Assembly: GCF_001194135.2 (NCBI RefSeq)
Contig: NC_069010.1
Coordinates: forward strand, 9,378,720 to 9,442,719
Origin: Octopus bimaculoides
Lineage: Eukaryota
Length of the DNA: 64,000 nt
Direction: 5' to 3'
Positions 1 through 14,118 of this stretch are shown piece after piece. Position numbers and translations under genes: made by a program. A model generated the notes under the pieces. That model had not been told where the DNA came from. It saw only the letters and a program-made list of their open reading frames with translations, and ran no database searches. Positions within the stretch are counted from its first letter, which is position 1; every line of letters begins with the position of its first letter.

Positions 1-903
1 TCACAGGATGCGGTGGGGGCCCAAGGCCTGCTCCAGCGTCTGTTTGACATGTTTTCTCAGCTGAATGCCTTTTTTTAATGTCAAACCACTTTAAAGGGGT
101 GCCTCAGAGACTGTGTTTGTGCCACCAGAACTCGAGGTCACCATGCAACTTGCAAGACTCTGGAGCACAGAGTGGAGAGGGGGGGGGGCTTTAGGGTAGG
201 AGAATGGGTGGAGGGGAATAAAGTTCGAGGGAAAGGACCAGAGCAGAACAGGTTTGTTGCTGTGGAAGGGTTTACACAACTACTCCCATTTTAGGAGAGA
301 AGATGGGGACAACTGGGTAGAGCAAAAAAAAAAACAAAAGGGGACACCGTGTCAGTGGAGACCTTCGTGATACAAGGTGGGTAAGAATGGGTGGGGCAGT
401 GGGGCCAGGAGTAGGGATGTCTGGTAGTACAGGGGCCAGAGAATAGAAATAATGATCAAGTTAACAGGAAGAATAAAGAGAGAGGACTTGTTGCTTGTCT
501 GGTAGGGTGATGGCCATGATGTTGTCATTTCTGAAGTTGCTATAAACAGCAGTCAGTTTCCTCAAACCTGGTGCTACGGGTCTGTACAAAAAAAAAAAAA
601 AAAGACAGGATGGTCGTGGTTGGGACACATTTGATTGTAGGTGTGGTGATTCAGTGCTGATGGACCTCCTCTCCTGCTTTTTGTCAGGTGCTTGGTATTA
701 CTGACTTTGCGACCTTGTGTGTCTAAGCATGCATGAATAACTGTCCCTCTCTCTCACACACACACACACACACATGTAAGCATACACACACACACATACA
801 CACACACACACACTTCATGGTTGGTTAACAGCCTGGCTTCCAGTCACTGCTTTTAGTTTTGTCTGTTTTCAACTAAAACTTACTCTTCCATGGATTTGTG
901 ATT

Positions 904-934
<31 letters not shown>

Positions 935-1644
935 ATTTTCCCAGAGGATGTAGCAACCGTTACCAATATAGCATAAGAACTTACCTTAGGAGATCATTAA
1001 TTAGATTCCTTAAGGGTCGTTCTCACAGTTTATATTTATATTATAAGGTTTTTAAACTTTTAAATTTTCATATTCAAAAGAGACAGAGACTTCAAACTCG
1101 ATATATCGATTTATTCACCACTCTATGTTAACATTTCTGTGCCANNNNNNNNNNNNNNNNNNNNNNNNNNNNNNNNNNNNNNNNNNNNNNNNNNNNNNNN
1201 NNNNNNNNNNNNNNNNNNNNNNNNNNNNNNNNNNNNNNNNNNNNNNNNNNNNNNNNNNNNNNNNNNNNNNNNNNNNNNNNNNNNNNNNNNNNNNNNNNNN
1301 NNNNNNNNNNNNNNNNNNNNNNNNNNNNNNNNNNNNNNNNNNNNNNNNNNNNNNNNNNNNNNNNNNNNNNNNNNNNNNNNNNNNNNNNNNNNNNNNNNNN
1401 NNNNNNNNNNNNNNNNNNNNNNNNNNNNNNNNNNNNNNNNNNNNNNNNNNNNNNNNNNNNNNNNNNNNNNNNNNNNNNNNNNNNNNNNNNNNNNNNNNNN
1501 NNNNNNNNNNNNNNNNNNNNNNNNNNNNNNNNNNNNNNNNNNNNNNNNNNNNNNNNNNNNNNNNNNNNNNNNNNNNNNNNNNNNNNNNNNNNNNNNNNNN
1601 NNNNNNNNNNNNNNNNNNNNNNNNNNNNNNNNNNNNNNNNNNNN

Positions 1645-1721
<77 letters not shown>

Positions 1722-2966
1722 TACACTCACACACACCTATAAACACACCCAATCATATTCACACATACACGTATGTACAGATATAAATGTACAGTGACAC
1801 AGCTCATAGTAATCTTTTAATAATTACTCACACATTCCATTATTATTTGAATAATCAGTTGCAGGCATGGGTGGTGGGGTGGTTAAGATATTTGATTCTC
1901 AACCACATGGTCCTGGGATCAAGTCCTACTGTCTGGCATTTTGGGTAAGCACTTGCTGCCCTATCCTCAGGTGGATCAGGGCCTTACAATTGAAATTCTG
2001 GAATGGAACATTTTTAGATCACTCTAAAAAGAGTCCTGTTATATTACAGAACCAGAGTCTCTATTGACCAGATTGGCATCAAAAGATCTGTCTTGGACAG
2101 TCTATTTTGTAAAATCGTAATTTAGTCCTCTATCTTTTCCCTTATCCGACCCCCACCCCCATAACAAGGTCGTTGTCTGATGGAAAATATTTCACCCAGA
2201 TCTACCACAGAATATATATGTTAATTAATTCAACACAAGTCAATATTTTTAGCAACATTCTATCCCAGTATTCCGAGTTCAAGTCCCAGGAGAGAGAATA
2301 ATACAAGTCAACCAAGTGTGCTTTATTTTATCTTTTTTGGTTTATAATTCCTGCAAGAATTTAGAGCGGAACTCAAAGAAATTCTCTGTATTCCAACATT
2401 CCACAAATTCTCCTTGTAAATATCCGTTTATTTTACTGGTTTCGTTTGAGACCATACTGCAGCACTGCCTTCTGTCACACCAACACCTCCATTTAATAAT
2501 GGTTTCAATCACTGGACTGTGGCCATGCTGGGGCCCTGCCTTGAAGGGTTTAGTCAAACAAATAATCAACCCTACTCTGTTTTTTTTTTTTTCGCAAGAT
2601 ATTTATTCTGTTGGTCTCTTTTGCTGAACTGCTAAGTGACATGGATGTAAACAGACCAACACCGACTGTTAAGCAGTGGTGGGGAACATATACATGCACA
2701 AAGTCATAAACACCCATGTACACACACACACACACATACCTTGGGCTTCTTTCAGTTTCTGTCCACCAAATCCATTGTCAAGAGTTTTGTTGGCCCAGAG
2801 CTATAGATTGCACTTGCCCAATGTGCCATTCAGAACTGTAGGAAAATTGGATTTGATATCTGTGGTATTTGTTTTGGCTCATTACGTTGTGTGTTCAAAT
2901 TCCAGCCGTTCTACAAGCTGTACGTTCTTCTCATCAACAACCCCTACTTGTTGTTTCAAGTAACAT

Positions 2967-3188
2967 ATGAGTGGGGTGCCGAAAAGTTCCTGGCTTTAAG
3001 GGTATCGCAAAAGGCCTGGCTGGAGGCCAAACCTTCCAAGTTCTTTTACAGGGTTTAGAAAAACCGAAGGGCTGCTGGAATAAGTGTGTGAATCTGAGAG
3101 GAGAAGAATATGTTTTATAAAATCATAATTAACTGATCCTCCTGTATTTTCTTTTACCCAAAACCATGAACTTTTCAGCACTCCCCTT
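2967..3188 (+). mobile_element. Mariner-derived non-autonomous element
   Basis: Degenerate TIRs gagtggggtgccgaaaagttcctggc / ccatgaacttttcagcactcccc; internal remnant resembling a transposase C-terminus (WNKCVNLRG); partial copy near 23908-23970. Confidence 0.6.
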
Positions 3189-3608
3189 TTGTGTGTGTGT
3201 GTGGTGGGCACATATGCAGGTGTGGCTTCTTTCAGTTTCTGTCTATCACATTCACTCTCAAGACTTCAGTCAGTGTGGGCCTCATGTAGAAGACCCTTGT
3301 CCAGGCTACCGGGCTGTAGGACTGAACTTAAAAAATACACGGTTAGAAAACAAACTGAAGCAAACGACCATGCTTGCACAGACTCATTCCTCCGAAACCT
3401 AAATTACTTTGAAAATTAATTGAAATACGCAGGAAGTAAATTCCCCACTCCCGGATAGAAATATGGGTTTGAAAAGGTTAACAAGGCACCCTTTGTTTGT
3501 GTGTGTGTGTGTGTGAGGGAGGGAGGGAGTCATTAGGCTTTGCTGGCTTAGATGTTAAGGCCTACCTGTATATTTAATCAACAAAAGAATGTATGTATGT
3601 GTGTGTGT

Positions 3609-3609
3609 A

Positions 3610-3682
<73 letters not shown>
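3609..3682. repeat. Long (AT)n microsatellite, representative of very dense (AT)n/(AC)n/(AG)n/(AGAT)n/(ATC)n tracts throughout the window
   Basis: Direct observation; such tracts explain most short IYIY/THTH/LSLS ORFs in the ORF track. Confidence 0.95.
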
Positions 3683-3685
<3 letters not shown>

Positions 3686-4623
3686 GCATCTATATATACA
3701 GGTAGATGTAAGTATGTACATACATGTCCGTATATATGCATATACTCATTTATTATTTGTATTATATATCTATATATATCTATATATATACACACATACA
3801 CAGGTGTGTATAATATATAGAGCCACACAAACATTATATAGGATGTCTCTTCACACAACCTGCCCTGCTCCAGCTTGCTTATATACATGCTGGCTGGTAC
3901 AGTTCAATGAATGCGTGAAAAGCATTCAGGTCCAGAGATGGGGGGAGGGGATGTTGCTTTTGGTGGTGGTGGTGGTGGGGTTGGCTGCAGGTTGCCTTGA
4001 CTACAGGCTGTATTGCCATGACATGTCAGGCTGCTTTCCAAAGAAATATGTGTGTGTATACTCACACACGCACACTCACACACCCATATATATATATATA
4101 TAGGAAAATGAAGTGGGAATTGGAGAGAAAGAAAGAAGGTTGTCATGGCAACAAGTAGAAAAAAAAGACACAACAGCTGCACACACACACACACACTCAC
4201 ACACACACACACAGTAATACAAACACATGCAACCACTTTGTTCAGTGAAGCCATGAAAAGCAGTTGCTTTCTACTGTTTAGCCCCGGGCAGGTGTTGATC
4301 TGGCAGAGTTATGAGGAAAGGCATTCCAGGCATGGCTGTCAGGTTAAGAAGCTTGTTTATTTATATGGCACCATCACCAATGCTTTTTTATGTGACCCCT
4401 GGGTTGTGATTGTCAATTCCTGTAGCCATTGCGCATGAACAAGAACGAATTTTTTTCTGAAGCTCTTATAAAATGAAAATAAAGAATTTAATTGGGAGAA
4501 TTTATATTCCAAAACTTCACCTTTATGTGTTTTATATATTGAAATCTTTACCACCTTTTTTTTGTTGCTTGGTTTGATGGGTCTTCTTCTCAAGCATGAC
4601 ATAATGCCAAAAGTCTGTCATTG

Positions 4624-4838
4624 CCTCCATGAGGCCCAACACTTGAAAGCAGCTCAACCACCTTGCCTCTGTGACTCCCGTTCGAAAGGAACTCAGCTAC
4701 CTCACCTCCATGAAGCAGCCCAACACTCAAAAGGAACTCAGCTATTTTGCTTCCATGTGGCCCAGGAGCTCAGCCACTTTACCTCCATGAGGCCAAACAC
4801 TCAAAAGAACTCAGCCACGTCGCCTCCGTGAGGCCCTG
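4624..4838. repeat. Degenerate approx. 40-bp minisatellite (5-6 units)
   Basis: Recurrent cctccatgaggcccaacactcaaaaggaactcagc core. Confidence 0.7.
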
Positions 4839-7404
4839 AGTAATATAAAGGTTTCTTTCTATAAGTTCCAAATTGCTCTTGTAATTGAAAAAAGAATGTG
4901 ATGGTGTATGGGATGACAAAGAATGTTTTGTGGACCACGTTTGAGAGAGAGGACAAGCAAAGGACTGAATAATGTTGCAAAAATAAACTTCAATAAGTTT
5001 TTGTTACATCAAACACACTTCTTTTGTGTGTTTAAAAATAAAGTGATGGGAGAAAAAAACAATGATAGGCACGAAAAGATGGTAGGGAGGGAGTAATGGG
5101 CGAGAAACAATGACAGGCAGTTACATATTGGTTGTTGGTAAAGCGCCTGAATAGGGTGATGGGGGAGTACACACCCAGTTGCAGCCTATTGTGTCAAAGG
5201 ATAGCAACTTGGTCATTAGATTTATAAATTGACAAAATACATAGCAGTTTGGAATAAGAGGTACCAGTGTGGATGTGTTAAGAAGTTTGCTTCGCAACCA
5301 TACGGTTCTGGGTTCAGTCCCACTGCATGGCACCTTGGGCAAGTGTCTTCTACTATATCCTTGGGATTGAACCTCAAATCTCATAGTTGGGAAGTGAATT
5401 TCTTAACTGCACTACTTTGCTTGTTTTCTTTTCTTTTTCTTTTTTTGTTTTATTTCGTTAATCTTTCATTTTCTTTTTTATATTTAATTCCAGGTGTCCC
5501 CTGTTGTCCGCTCGTCTTCGTCATGATGAAGTCGTTAGAGAAGATTCAGTCTGTTATCGTCCTAAGATAGCTTCAGCTCATCTCATCTCTGGCCCATTGT
5601 CCATTGTCTCCGAGAGGATGGACTGGGCGTTGCTGGTTTTACGACGACGGCAAAGTTTGGCTGACCTTAACGCAATCCAATAAAGGGTCACGCAAACAGG
5701 CTCACATACAAACAAAAAAAACAAGAGAAAAACCCTCCAAAAAAAAAAAAGTGAAAAAAAAACACAGAAAAACAAGTTTAAAAAAATATATATATATAAA
5801 AAATCAATTAACTGTGGAACAATTAGTGACTCCCTTTCTTCTTTCTCCCAACGTTACTCCGGAACAAGAAGAAAAACCCTTTACAAAAAGTCTCACCAAC
5901 AGAAATAACATTTTTTCACCATGCCTCCAAAGCAGGGCTCACTTCCACAGAAGGTAGGTGACCACATCTCTCTCTCTTTTTTTTTGTATCTCCTTTTCTC
6001 TCTCTTTCCCTTTCTTTCTCCCTCTCTCTCTCTCTTTCTGTCTCGGCTCTTTCTCTCTCTTTCTCTTCTCTCTCTTTTCTCTTCTTTCTTTCTCTCTCTC
6101 TCCTCTTTCTTGTAATTTTAATTTACATGTTTGTGTGTATTTATATGTATTTGTGTGTCTGTGTGTCTATTTATATGCATATATTTCCTTGCATGTCTTT
6201 TATTGACAAAGCCATTCACAGATGACTAAATCATTAGCATTTAACGAAGAAGAAACAAAGACTTATACGGTCTTTCTTCCCTCACCCCAACCCCACTGTA
6301 ATAACAATAATAATTTTTCAATGACACTCCGGCCATGACAAAAAGCCCATGTCCCTCCTCTCTCTATCTCTCTCTTTATCTACCTCTCTATTTCTTTCTC
6401 TCTTTTTATACGTCTATAATATATATATCTATTTTTATTATATTTACAAAGCTGTCTTGCCGATAACCGAGGCTGTAAGTACCTTTACAAAATCACCAAT
6501 ACGTCAATAGCTCCTTGTTCTTCCCCCCACCCCCAGCATACCAATATAACGCCACCCCACCACCGTAATCAATGTCAGCTGTTATCCTTTATACCTGTGG
6601 CTTCTAATCTCCTTCCTTTCCAAGCTTTGACCAATCTCATCATGGCAAACCCTTCCACTTTCTTTATGCTCTCTCTCTCATGTCCGACCAAACTGGCCTC
6701 CTGGATTTCCATTTCAAGTCAAACTTTAGTTAATATTAATTAACCAAATAGAAAAAAAGAAATAAAAAGGTTCTAAGCATACTATAAACAGTAACTGCGT
6801 ATTTGTTAACTTTATAAGCTCTCAGACTGGTTAAAGAAACATTATTAAAAAATTTTTTAAAAAAACATTCATGGTAAGAGGTTTTCTTGCCAATCACATG
6901 GTTTTGGGTTCAGTCCCACTATACGGCAGAGAGTGAACTAATGTAAACATACCAACACCAGTTGTCAAGTAGCAGTGGGACACACATACACAATGGGCTT
7001 CTTTCCATTTCCATCTACCAAATCCACTTTCAAGGTTTTGGTCACCCGAGGCTATAGTAGATGACAACTTGCCCAAGGGGTCATGCAGTGGGACTGAACC
7101 CAGAACCATGTGGTTGGGAAACAAACTTCTCATTTCACAGCCAAACCTGCACCACACACACACACACACACACACAGAGTAAAATTGACTAATTGTAATC
7201 TAGTCTGGTTCTATGTACACATCCAGCAATGAGACACCTGTTGGTAATTGGAAATTAAACAGAAATATAAAACACGTGTTTCATCTCTCTGATGAGGTTA
7301 ATTAGTCTTAAAATTTCTTATCTTAATTAGTAACTCATCCTAAACATTTAAATAACAAGATACTCACTTGTATTAATCAACATTAAAATTGTGTGTGTGC
7401 TCAT

Positions 7405-7444
<40 letters not shown>

Positions 7445-7514
7445 TATCTGAGCAAATCCTGTGTGTTTATGTATATATTTCTCTATAAAGTTTATTATCT
7501 GCCTGCCTATCTCG

Positions 7515-7551
<37 letters not shown>

Positions 7552-9122
7552 CCTATGTTATCTCTCTACCTATCTCTCTCATTCTCTCTCACTTTGACAT
7601 TTCATATCTCTCCCATGAGAAGTTCTGGCAGGAAATGGTTACGTTTAGAATTCTCGCTCTCTTCCTCATGGTACAAAATTGATTCCATTCACAGAATTAT
7701 TTCTATTAACATTTTTGTCTGGCACTGAACATGACTTTTTTTGTTTCCTGTTTGTTTTCTGCTCTTGTACTCTTTCTCCCATTCTAATCTTTCTCTCCCT
7801 CTCTATATGTAATCTCTCTCAGTTTTTATTTCTTTACATATCTCTCTCCCCGCCAATTTTTGGTCTGTCTCCTTATCTTCTTTAATCTTTCTATATGTAT
7901 TTATCTCTTTCAGGTTTTCTTTTTTGGCCCCTCTCCCTATATCTCTTAGTCTGTTGATTTCTGTCTATTTTTATCTATATGTATCTATCTTTCTTTCTCT
8001 CTTTCTTTACCTATCTACCTCTCTACCTACCTCATTTTGTCTCTCTCTCTCTCTCAACAAAATACAGACCTGTAGATAACATAGTCCATGTGAAAATCTA
8101 GTTTATATATTGACTCAATACAGTGTACCCCAACCAAGCTTTCCTGAAACCCCAGAATTCCATGAGATTAGGAATTCACAGTAATTAGTTATAATTTGGT
8201 TAAATATATACAGATGTGTTTTGTTATGTTTAATTTATTTTTAATTAATATTACACAATGTACAATACATTCACTGTGGTTGGGGAACCCTAGCAGACTT
8301 TGGCTAGTAAAATGACTTTACAGGAGATGGGGAATGACCTGAATAGGGGATTGAAAGGGAATTTAGGCTCCACAAGGTCTTGGTCAACCCTTTTGATGCT
8401 AATCCACCTGAGACCACCCCCACTGGTTCTATGATATAAACTTCCATCAAACTTCCATGTTAATTTATGTTCCAACACCAGATTAATAATGGCAAGCTAA
8501 CCCTAACCCAAATTCTCCATTATTTTCGAAATTAATTGAAACAAAGGCAGCGTATTTCTACAGAAATCTTTTAGTCATATGATTCAGCTTCCAGATTTTT
8601 CCATTAATATTTGTCTTAACCCTTTTGGTACCGACCCATCTGAGATTGGTTCTGTGATATACAAGCTTCCTGTTTTAAAGCGATTTAAGTTAAAACCGTC
8701 CATCAGAACTTGCCAGTGAGCTGGCCGAATGGAATTAGCTTTCTGGACAAAATGCTTTGCAGTATTTCGCCTGTTGCTACATTCTGAGCTTTAAATTCCA
8801 CCGAGGTTGACTTTGCCTTTCATCCTTTTGGGGTCAATTAAATAAGTACCAGTTGAACACTGGGGGGTTGATGTAATCGACACGTCCCCTCCTCCTCCTC
8901 CAAGCTGCCCTTGTGGCCAAAATTTTAGATAATTATTATTATTATAAATAAGGCAGCAAGCTGGCTGAATCGTTAGCACACCATTCTGAGTTCAAAACTT
9001 GCCGAGGTCAACTTAGCCTCTCGTCCTTCCAGGGTCGATAAAAAAAGTACCAGTTGGACACTGAGGTCGATGTAATTGACTTAACCCATCCCTGAAATTG
9101 TTGGCCTTGTGCCAAAATTTTA

Positions 9123-9640
9123 AGGCCCAGGAAGACCTGGGCTGAGGTGGTGAGGCAAGACCTTCGAACATTGGGCCTCACCGAGGCGATGACTACTGAC
9201 CGAGACCTTTGGAAATGTGCTGTGCGTGAGAAGACCCGGTAAGCCAAGTGAGATCGTTGCCAGTGCCCCTGGACTGGCTCTTGTGCGGGTGGCACATAAG
9301 ATGTACCATCCTGAGCGTGACCGTTGCCAGTACCGCCTGACTGGCCTTGTAGGGTTTTCGAGCGAGATCATTGCCAGTGCCCCTGGACTGGCTCTTGTGC
9401 GAGTGGCACATAAAAGACACCATTTCGAGCGTGGCCGTTTTCGTGCGGGTGACACGTAAAAGCACCCACTACNNNNNNNNNNNNNNNNNNNNNNNNNNNN
9501 NNNNNNNNNNNNNNNNNNNNNNNNNNNNNNNNNNNNNNNNNNNNNNNNNNNNNNNNNNNNNNNNNNNNNNNNNNNNNNNNNNNAGTCCTCAGTTAAATCG
9601 TCCAACCCATGCTAGCATGGAAAGCGGACGTTAAACGATG
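9123..9640 (+). mobile_element. 5'-truncated RTE-clade LINE: ORF C-terminus plus 3' UTR ending in (GAT)n
   Basis: 9123-9242 translates RPRKTWAEVVRQDLRTLGLTEAMTTDRDLWKCAVREKTR*, typical of an RTE C-terminus; followed by internally repeated UTR and the ccaacccatgctagcatggaaagcggacgttaaacgatgatg tail; gap 9473-9583. Confidence 0.8.
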
Positions 9641-11011
9641 ATGATGATGATTATTGTTGTTGTTGTTGTTATAATACAAGGTGGGTGAGCTGCCAGAATC
9701 GTTAGCAGACCGGGCGAAATGCTTTGTGGCATTTTGTCCGTTTTTACATTCTGAGTTCAAACTCCATTGAGTTCGATTTTGCCTTTCGTTCCTTCGGAGT
9801 TGATAAATTAAGTACCAGTGGCACACTGGGGGTCAATGTTATCGATAGTCTCCTCCCCCGCCCAATATTTCAGAACCTTGTGCTTATAGTAGAAAGTATA
9901 TTCTTGTTGTTGCTGTTTCGTGTGACTTCTGCTCGGTGCGATGCGTTTGCCCTTATCAACTACAATCACGACCACCACTATTTTCATAATGGTGATGAGT
10001 CAGTGGCCTTATCTATATGGAACTCCTCTACATAGTTTGGTGTTGTCGAGACACGGGGTGGGGTGCGGTGNNNNNNNNNNNNNNNNNNNNNNNNNNNNNN
10101 NNNNNNNNNNNNNNNNNNNNNNNNNNNNNNNNNNNNNNNNNNNNNNNNNNNNNNNNNNNNNNNNNNNNNNNNNNNNNNNNNNNNNNNNNNNNNNNNNNNN
10201 NNNNNNNNNNNNNNNNNNNNNNNNNNNNNNNNNNNNNNNNNNNNNNNNNNNNNNNNNNNNNNNNNNNNNNNNNNNNNNNNNNNNNNNNNNNNNNNNNNNN
10301 NNNNNNNNNNNNNNNNNNNNNNNNNNNNNNNNNNNNNNNNNNNNNNNNNNNNNNNNNNNNNNNNNNNNNNNNNNNNNNNNNNNNNNNNNNNNNNNNNNNN
10401 NNNNNNNNNNNNNNNNNNNNNNNNNNNNNNNNNNNNNNNNNNNNNNNNNNNNNNNNNNNNNNNNNNNNNNNNNNNNNNNNNNNNNNNNNNNNNNNNNNNN
10501 NNNNNNNNNNNNNNNNNNNNNNNNNNNNNNNNNNNNNNNNNNNNNNNNNNNNNNNNNNNNNNNNNNNNNNNNNNNNNNNNNNNNNNNNNNNNNNNNNNNN
10601 NNNNNNNNNNNNNNNNNNNNNNNNNNNNNNNNNNNNNNNNNNNNNNNNNNNNNNNNNNNNNNNNNNNNNNNNNNNNNNNNNNNNNNNNNNNNNNNNNNNN
10701 NNNNNNNNNNNNNNNNNNNNNNNNNNNNNNNNNNNNNNNNNNNNNNNNNNNNNNNNNNNNNNNNNNNNNNNNNNNNNNNNNNNNNNNNNNNNNNNNNNNN
10801 NNNNNNNNNNNNNNNNNNNNNNNNNNNNNNNNNNNNNNNNNNNNNNNNNNNNNNNNNNNNNNNNNNNNNNNNNNNNNNNNNNNNNNNNNNNNNNNNNNNN
10901 NNAGAGAGAGAGAGAGAGAGAGAGGGAGATTTACATGTACACATGAACACTCACATTTTTGTACATGTAGGAGTACATGCTTATACACACAGACACACAC
11001 ACACAGACACA

Positions 11012-11048
<37 letters not shown>

Positions 11049-12210
11049 ACACACACATATGTACATTGATAGACTGATGGTGAAAGTAACGTTAGTGCGA
11101 GGCTGTGTCCATTATTCGTGTCTGTGAGATGTCCAGCAGTTATGCAGTTGATTGTACAACACGGGGAATACGTTGTGAATGGGACGGAAGATAACAGCAT
11201 TTCTTCACACAGACAACAGCTTGGGATCACTCCGTGGTGTTGCTTGGAGGTATGTGTGCGTACATATATACATACATATGTTTGTTCTTTTATTCGAGTT
11301 TCAGTGATTTGACTGTGGCCATGCTGGAGCACCGCCTTGTGTTTTGGTCAAATAATTCAAACCCCAGGACTTATTTTTAAGCCTTGTACATATTCTGTTG
11401 GACTCCCTTGTCAAACTGCTAAGTTATGGAAACATAAACACACAAACACCAGTTGTCAAATGATGACGGGGGTGACAAACATGAACACACACACACACAC
11501 ACACACACACGTATATGACAAGCTTCTTTCAGTTTCCACCTACCAAATCCACTCGCAAAGCTTTGGTCGGCACAAGGCTATAGTAGAAGACACCTGCCCC
11601 GGGTGTCACGTGGTGGGACTGAACCCGGAACCATGTGGTTGGGAAGCAAGCTTTTTGTCTGTCTACCTATCTGTGTCTTCCTGTCTGTCTCTGGGTCTGT
11701 CTGTCTGTCTCCCGGTCTTTCTATCTCCCAGTTTGTCTGTCTCTCGGTCTGTTTGTGTAAAATATGCATGTGTGCATGTGTGAAGATATGTTTGCAGATG
11801 GACATGGGGTGTGGTCACATGGCCATGCGTGTGAAATTATGTGGTGTGTATAGACCCATATGTCTATGAATGCTCACATATGGGTGGATGGTTGTGTGTG
11901 TGTGCACATGCTTACATAACAGGGTGTCCACATATGGGTGGATGTGTCTTTCTACTCCCATAACAGTATAATAGAACTGATTTAACCCCATTATTCTCAT
12001 TATTTGGGAAACGAATTAACAGGATCATTCGGTTTGTGTTCTGGCATGTTCCATTCCGTGTTCAAATCCCACTGTTGCCAACTTTGTCTTTCATCCTCTC
12101 CGGGACAATAACACGGTACCAGTTAACTGCTGGGGGTGGGCTGGCATTTCTACCCTTTGCAGCTCTGGCAAAAACTCTTCAAGTTGTAATCCTACGTAGC
12201 TGAGGAGGTT

Positions 12211-12266
<56 letters not shown>

Positions 12267-13408
12267 TCTCTGCAGCTGTGTGGAGGCATGCACATGGCTG
12301 TGTGGTAAGAAGTCTGCTTCTCAACCATATGGTCCTAGGTTCAGTCCCACTCCATGGCATCCTGGGCAAATGTCTTCTATTATAGCCCCAGGCTGACCAA
12401 AGCTTTCTGAATGGATTCGGTTGCTGGAAACTGAAGGAAGCTTATTTTTATATATATTAGGCTGAGGAAAAAGTTTGTGCACCATGTTTAAAAAAAATGC
12501 TTTTCTATATATTTTTGTGGTGTGTGTGTGTTCATTCATTTGTCTGAAATCGTTTTATGCCCTGAAAGTCAGCCGTGGGACAAATAGGGGTTTGTAGAAT
12601 ATTCTGAATCTAGAGGAGGGATCGATATGATCTACTAAGAACCTTTGAAGTGATGCCCCAGCATGGCCACTGTCTCTTGATTGAAAACAATAAGGTTAAA
12701 CACCAAAACAACACATCTACAGCATATGGTTGTGTTTACAGCAAGTCGAAAAAGGTCGCAGTACAAGGGAACTAACTCTAAAGACCTTACAGTTGATTTG
12801 CGGACCTGTTAATGAATTGAGTTGCCTCCCGTTGACTACACTAACTTCAATCGGTCCTCCTTCAAAATTAATCATTCTTTATATTATAATAATCGATGTT
12901 TCTACGTATCTTTTCGAACCCGGAGGGATGAAAACTATAGTTGACCCTTTTTTTTCAGTTAGAACTTCGAACCTGGGACTGAATATGAAACCACATGGTT
13001 GGAAAGCAAACCTCTTACCACCCGGCCACACCTGCGACTTTCATCGTTTCGGGGTCGTTAAATTAAGTACCAGTTACGTACTGGGGTCGATGTTATCGAC
13101 TTAATCCCTTTGTCTGTCCCTGTTTGTCCCCTCTGTGTTTAGCCCCTTGTGGGCAATAAAGAAATAAGAAACGTTAGCACGCCGGGTGAAATGCTTAGGG
13201 GTATTGCATCTTTTTTTTTTTTTTTTTTTTTTTTTCTAACGATGTAACGGGAAGATTTGGCTGCTATCTCTAGTAACTCCGACTGCCCATTAACCTCATT
13301 CATTGCTTTGTACCTGTGTTGTAGTTGTTGCCGTCATCGCTTGAGTTTATTAATAATAATAATATCAACACTTGTATACACCGTACACACACTGAAGCCT
13401 GCTTGTAG

Positions 13409-13450
<42 letters not shown>

Positions 13451-14118
13451 ATGTGTGCTTATATGCTTACCAAACGTCTACATGGTAACATATGCACTTT
13501 CTGCACACACACACACGCACACACTCACAGATTAAAGGGTTGTAGCGCGATTTGCTACAAAATAGTCAGAATCTCCTTAATGAACGACTGTGCATCAGCT
13601 GCACCAATCGACTGGATGGTCGCGGCAAGAATACCTTTGATCATCAGTCTACTTTAACAAACAGCGCACCGAAATTTAGAAAAATTATCCACGCATATCT
13701 TATATACGCATATCTTATATACGGTGTGAGTGTTATATAACGTAGCTGTGAACACTCAGTATCGATCAGCTTAATCGATATTATGACAACACGAAAGAAA
13801 TTGATTTAGGCTGGGAGGGAAAAGTAACTCTCTCACCCTGTCGTGCACACGCCCTCGTGTGTGTGTGTGGCTTTCAATCATTAGATTGAGGCCACGTATT
13901 GAAGAATTTATAGTTGAACGAATCAATGCCAGTATTTATTTTTGTTTAAGTCTGCTACTTATTGTATCGGTCTCTTTGCCAAGCCACTAGGTCACAGGGA
14001 CGTAAACACACCAGTACCGGTTGTCAAGTGGTTGTGAGAGAAACACATGTACGACGAGGCTTTGGTCGACCTGAGACTAGAAGACAGCCACGCCTGAGCA
14101 TATATATATATATATATA

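Noticed and set aside
1-400. Possible coding exon at the window start
   Set aside because: Short frames on both strands without recognisable motifs or a convincing acceptor/donor pair
7285-7345. ctgatgag-containing hairpin as a hammerhead ribozyme
   Set aside because: No GAAA core downstream and stems are poorly formed; AT-rich chance match likely
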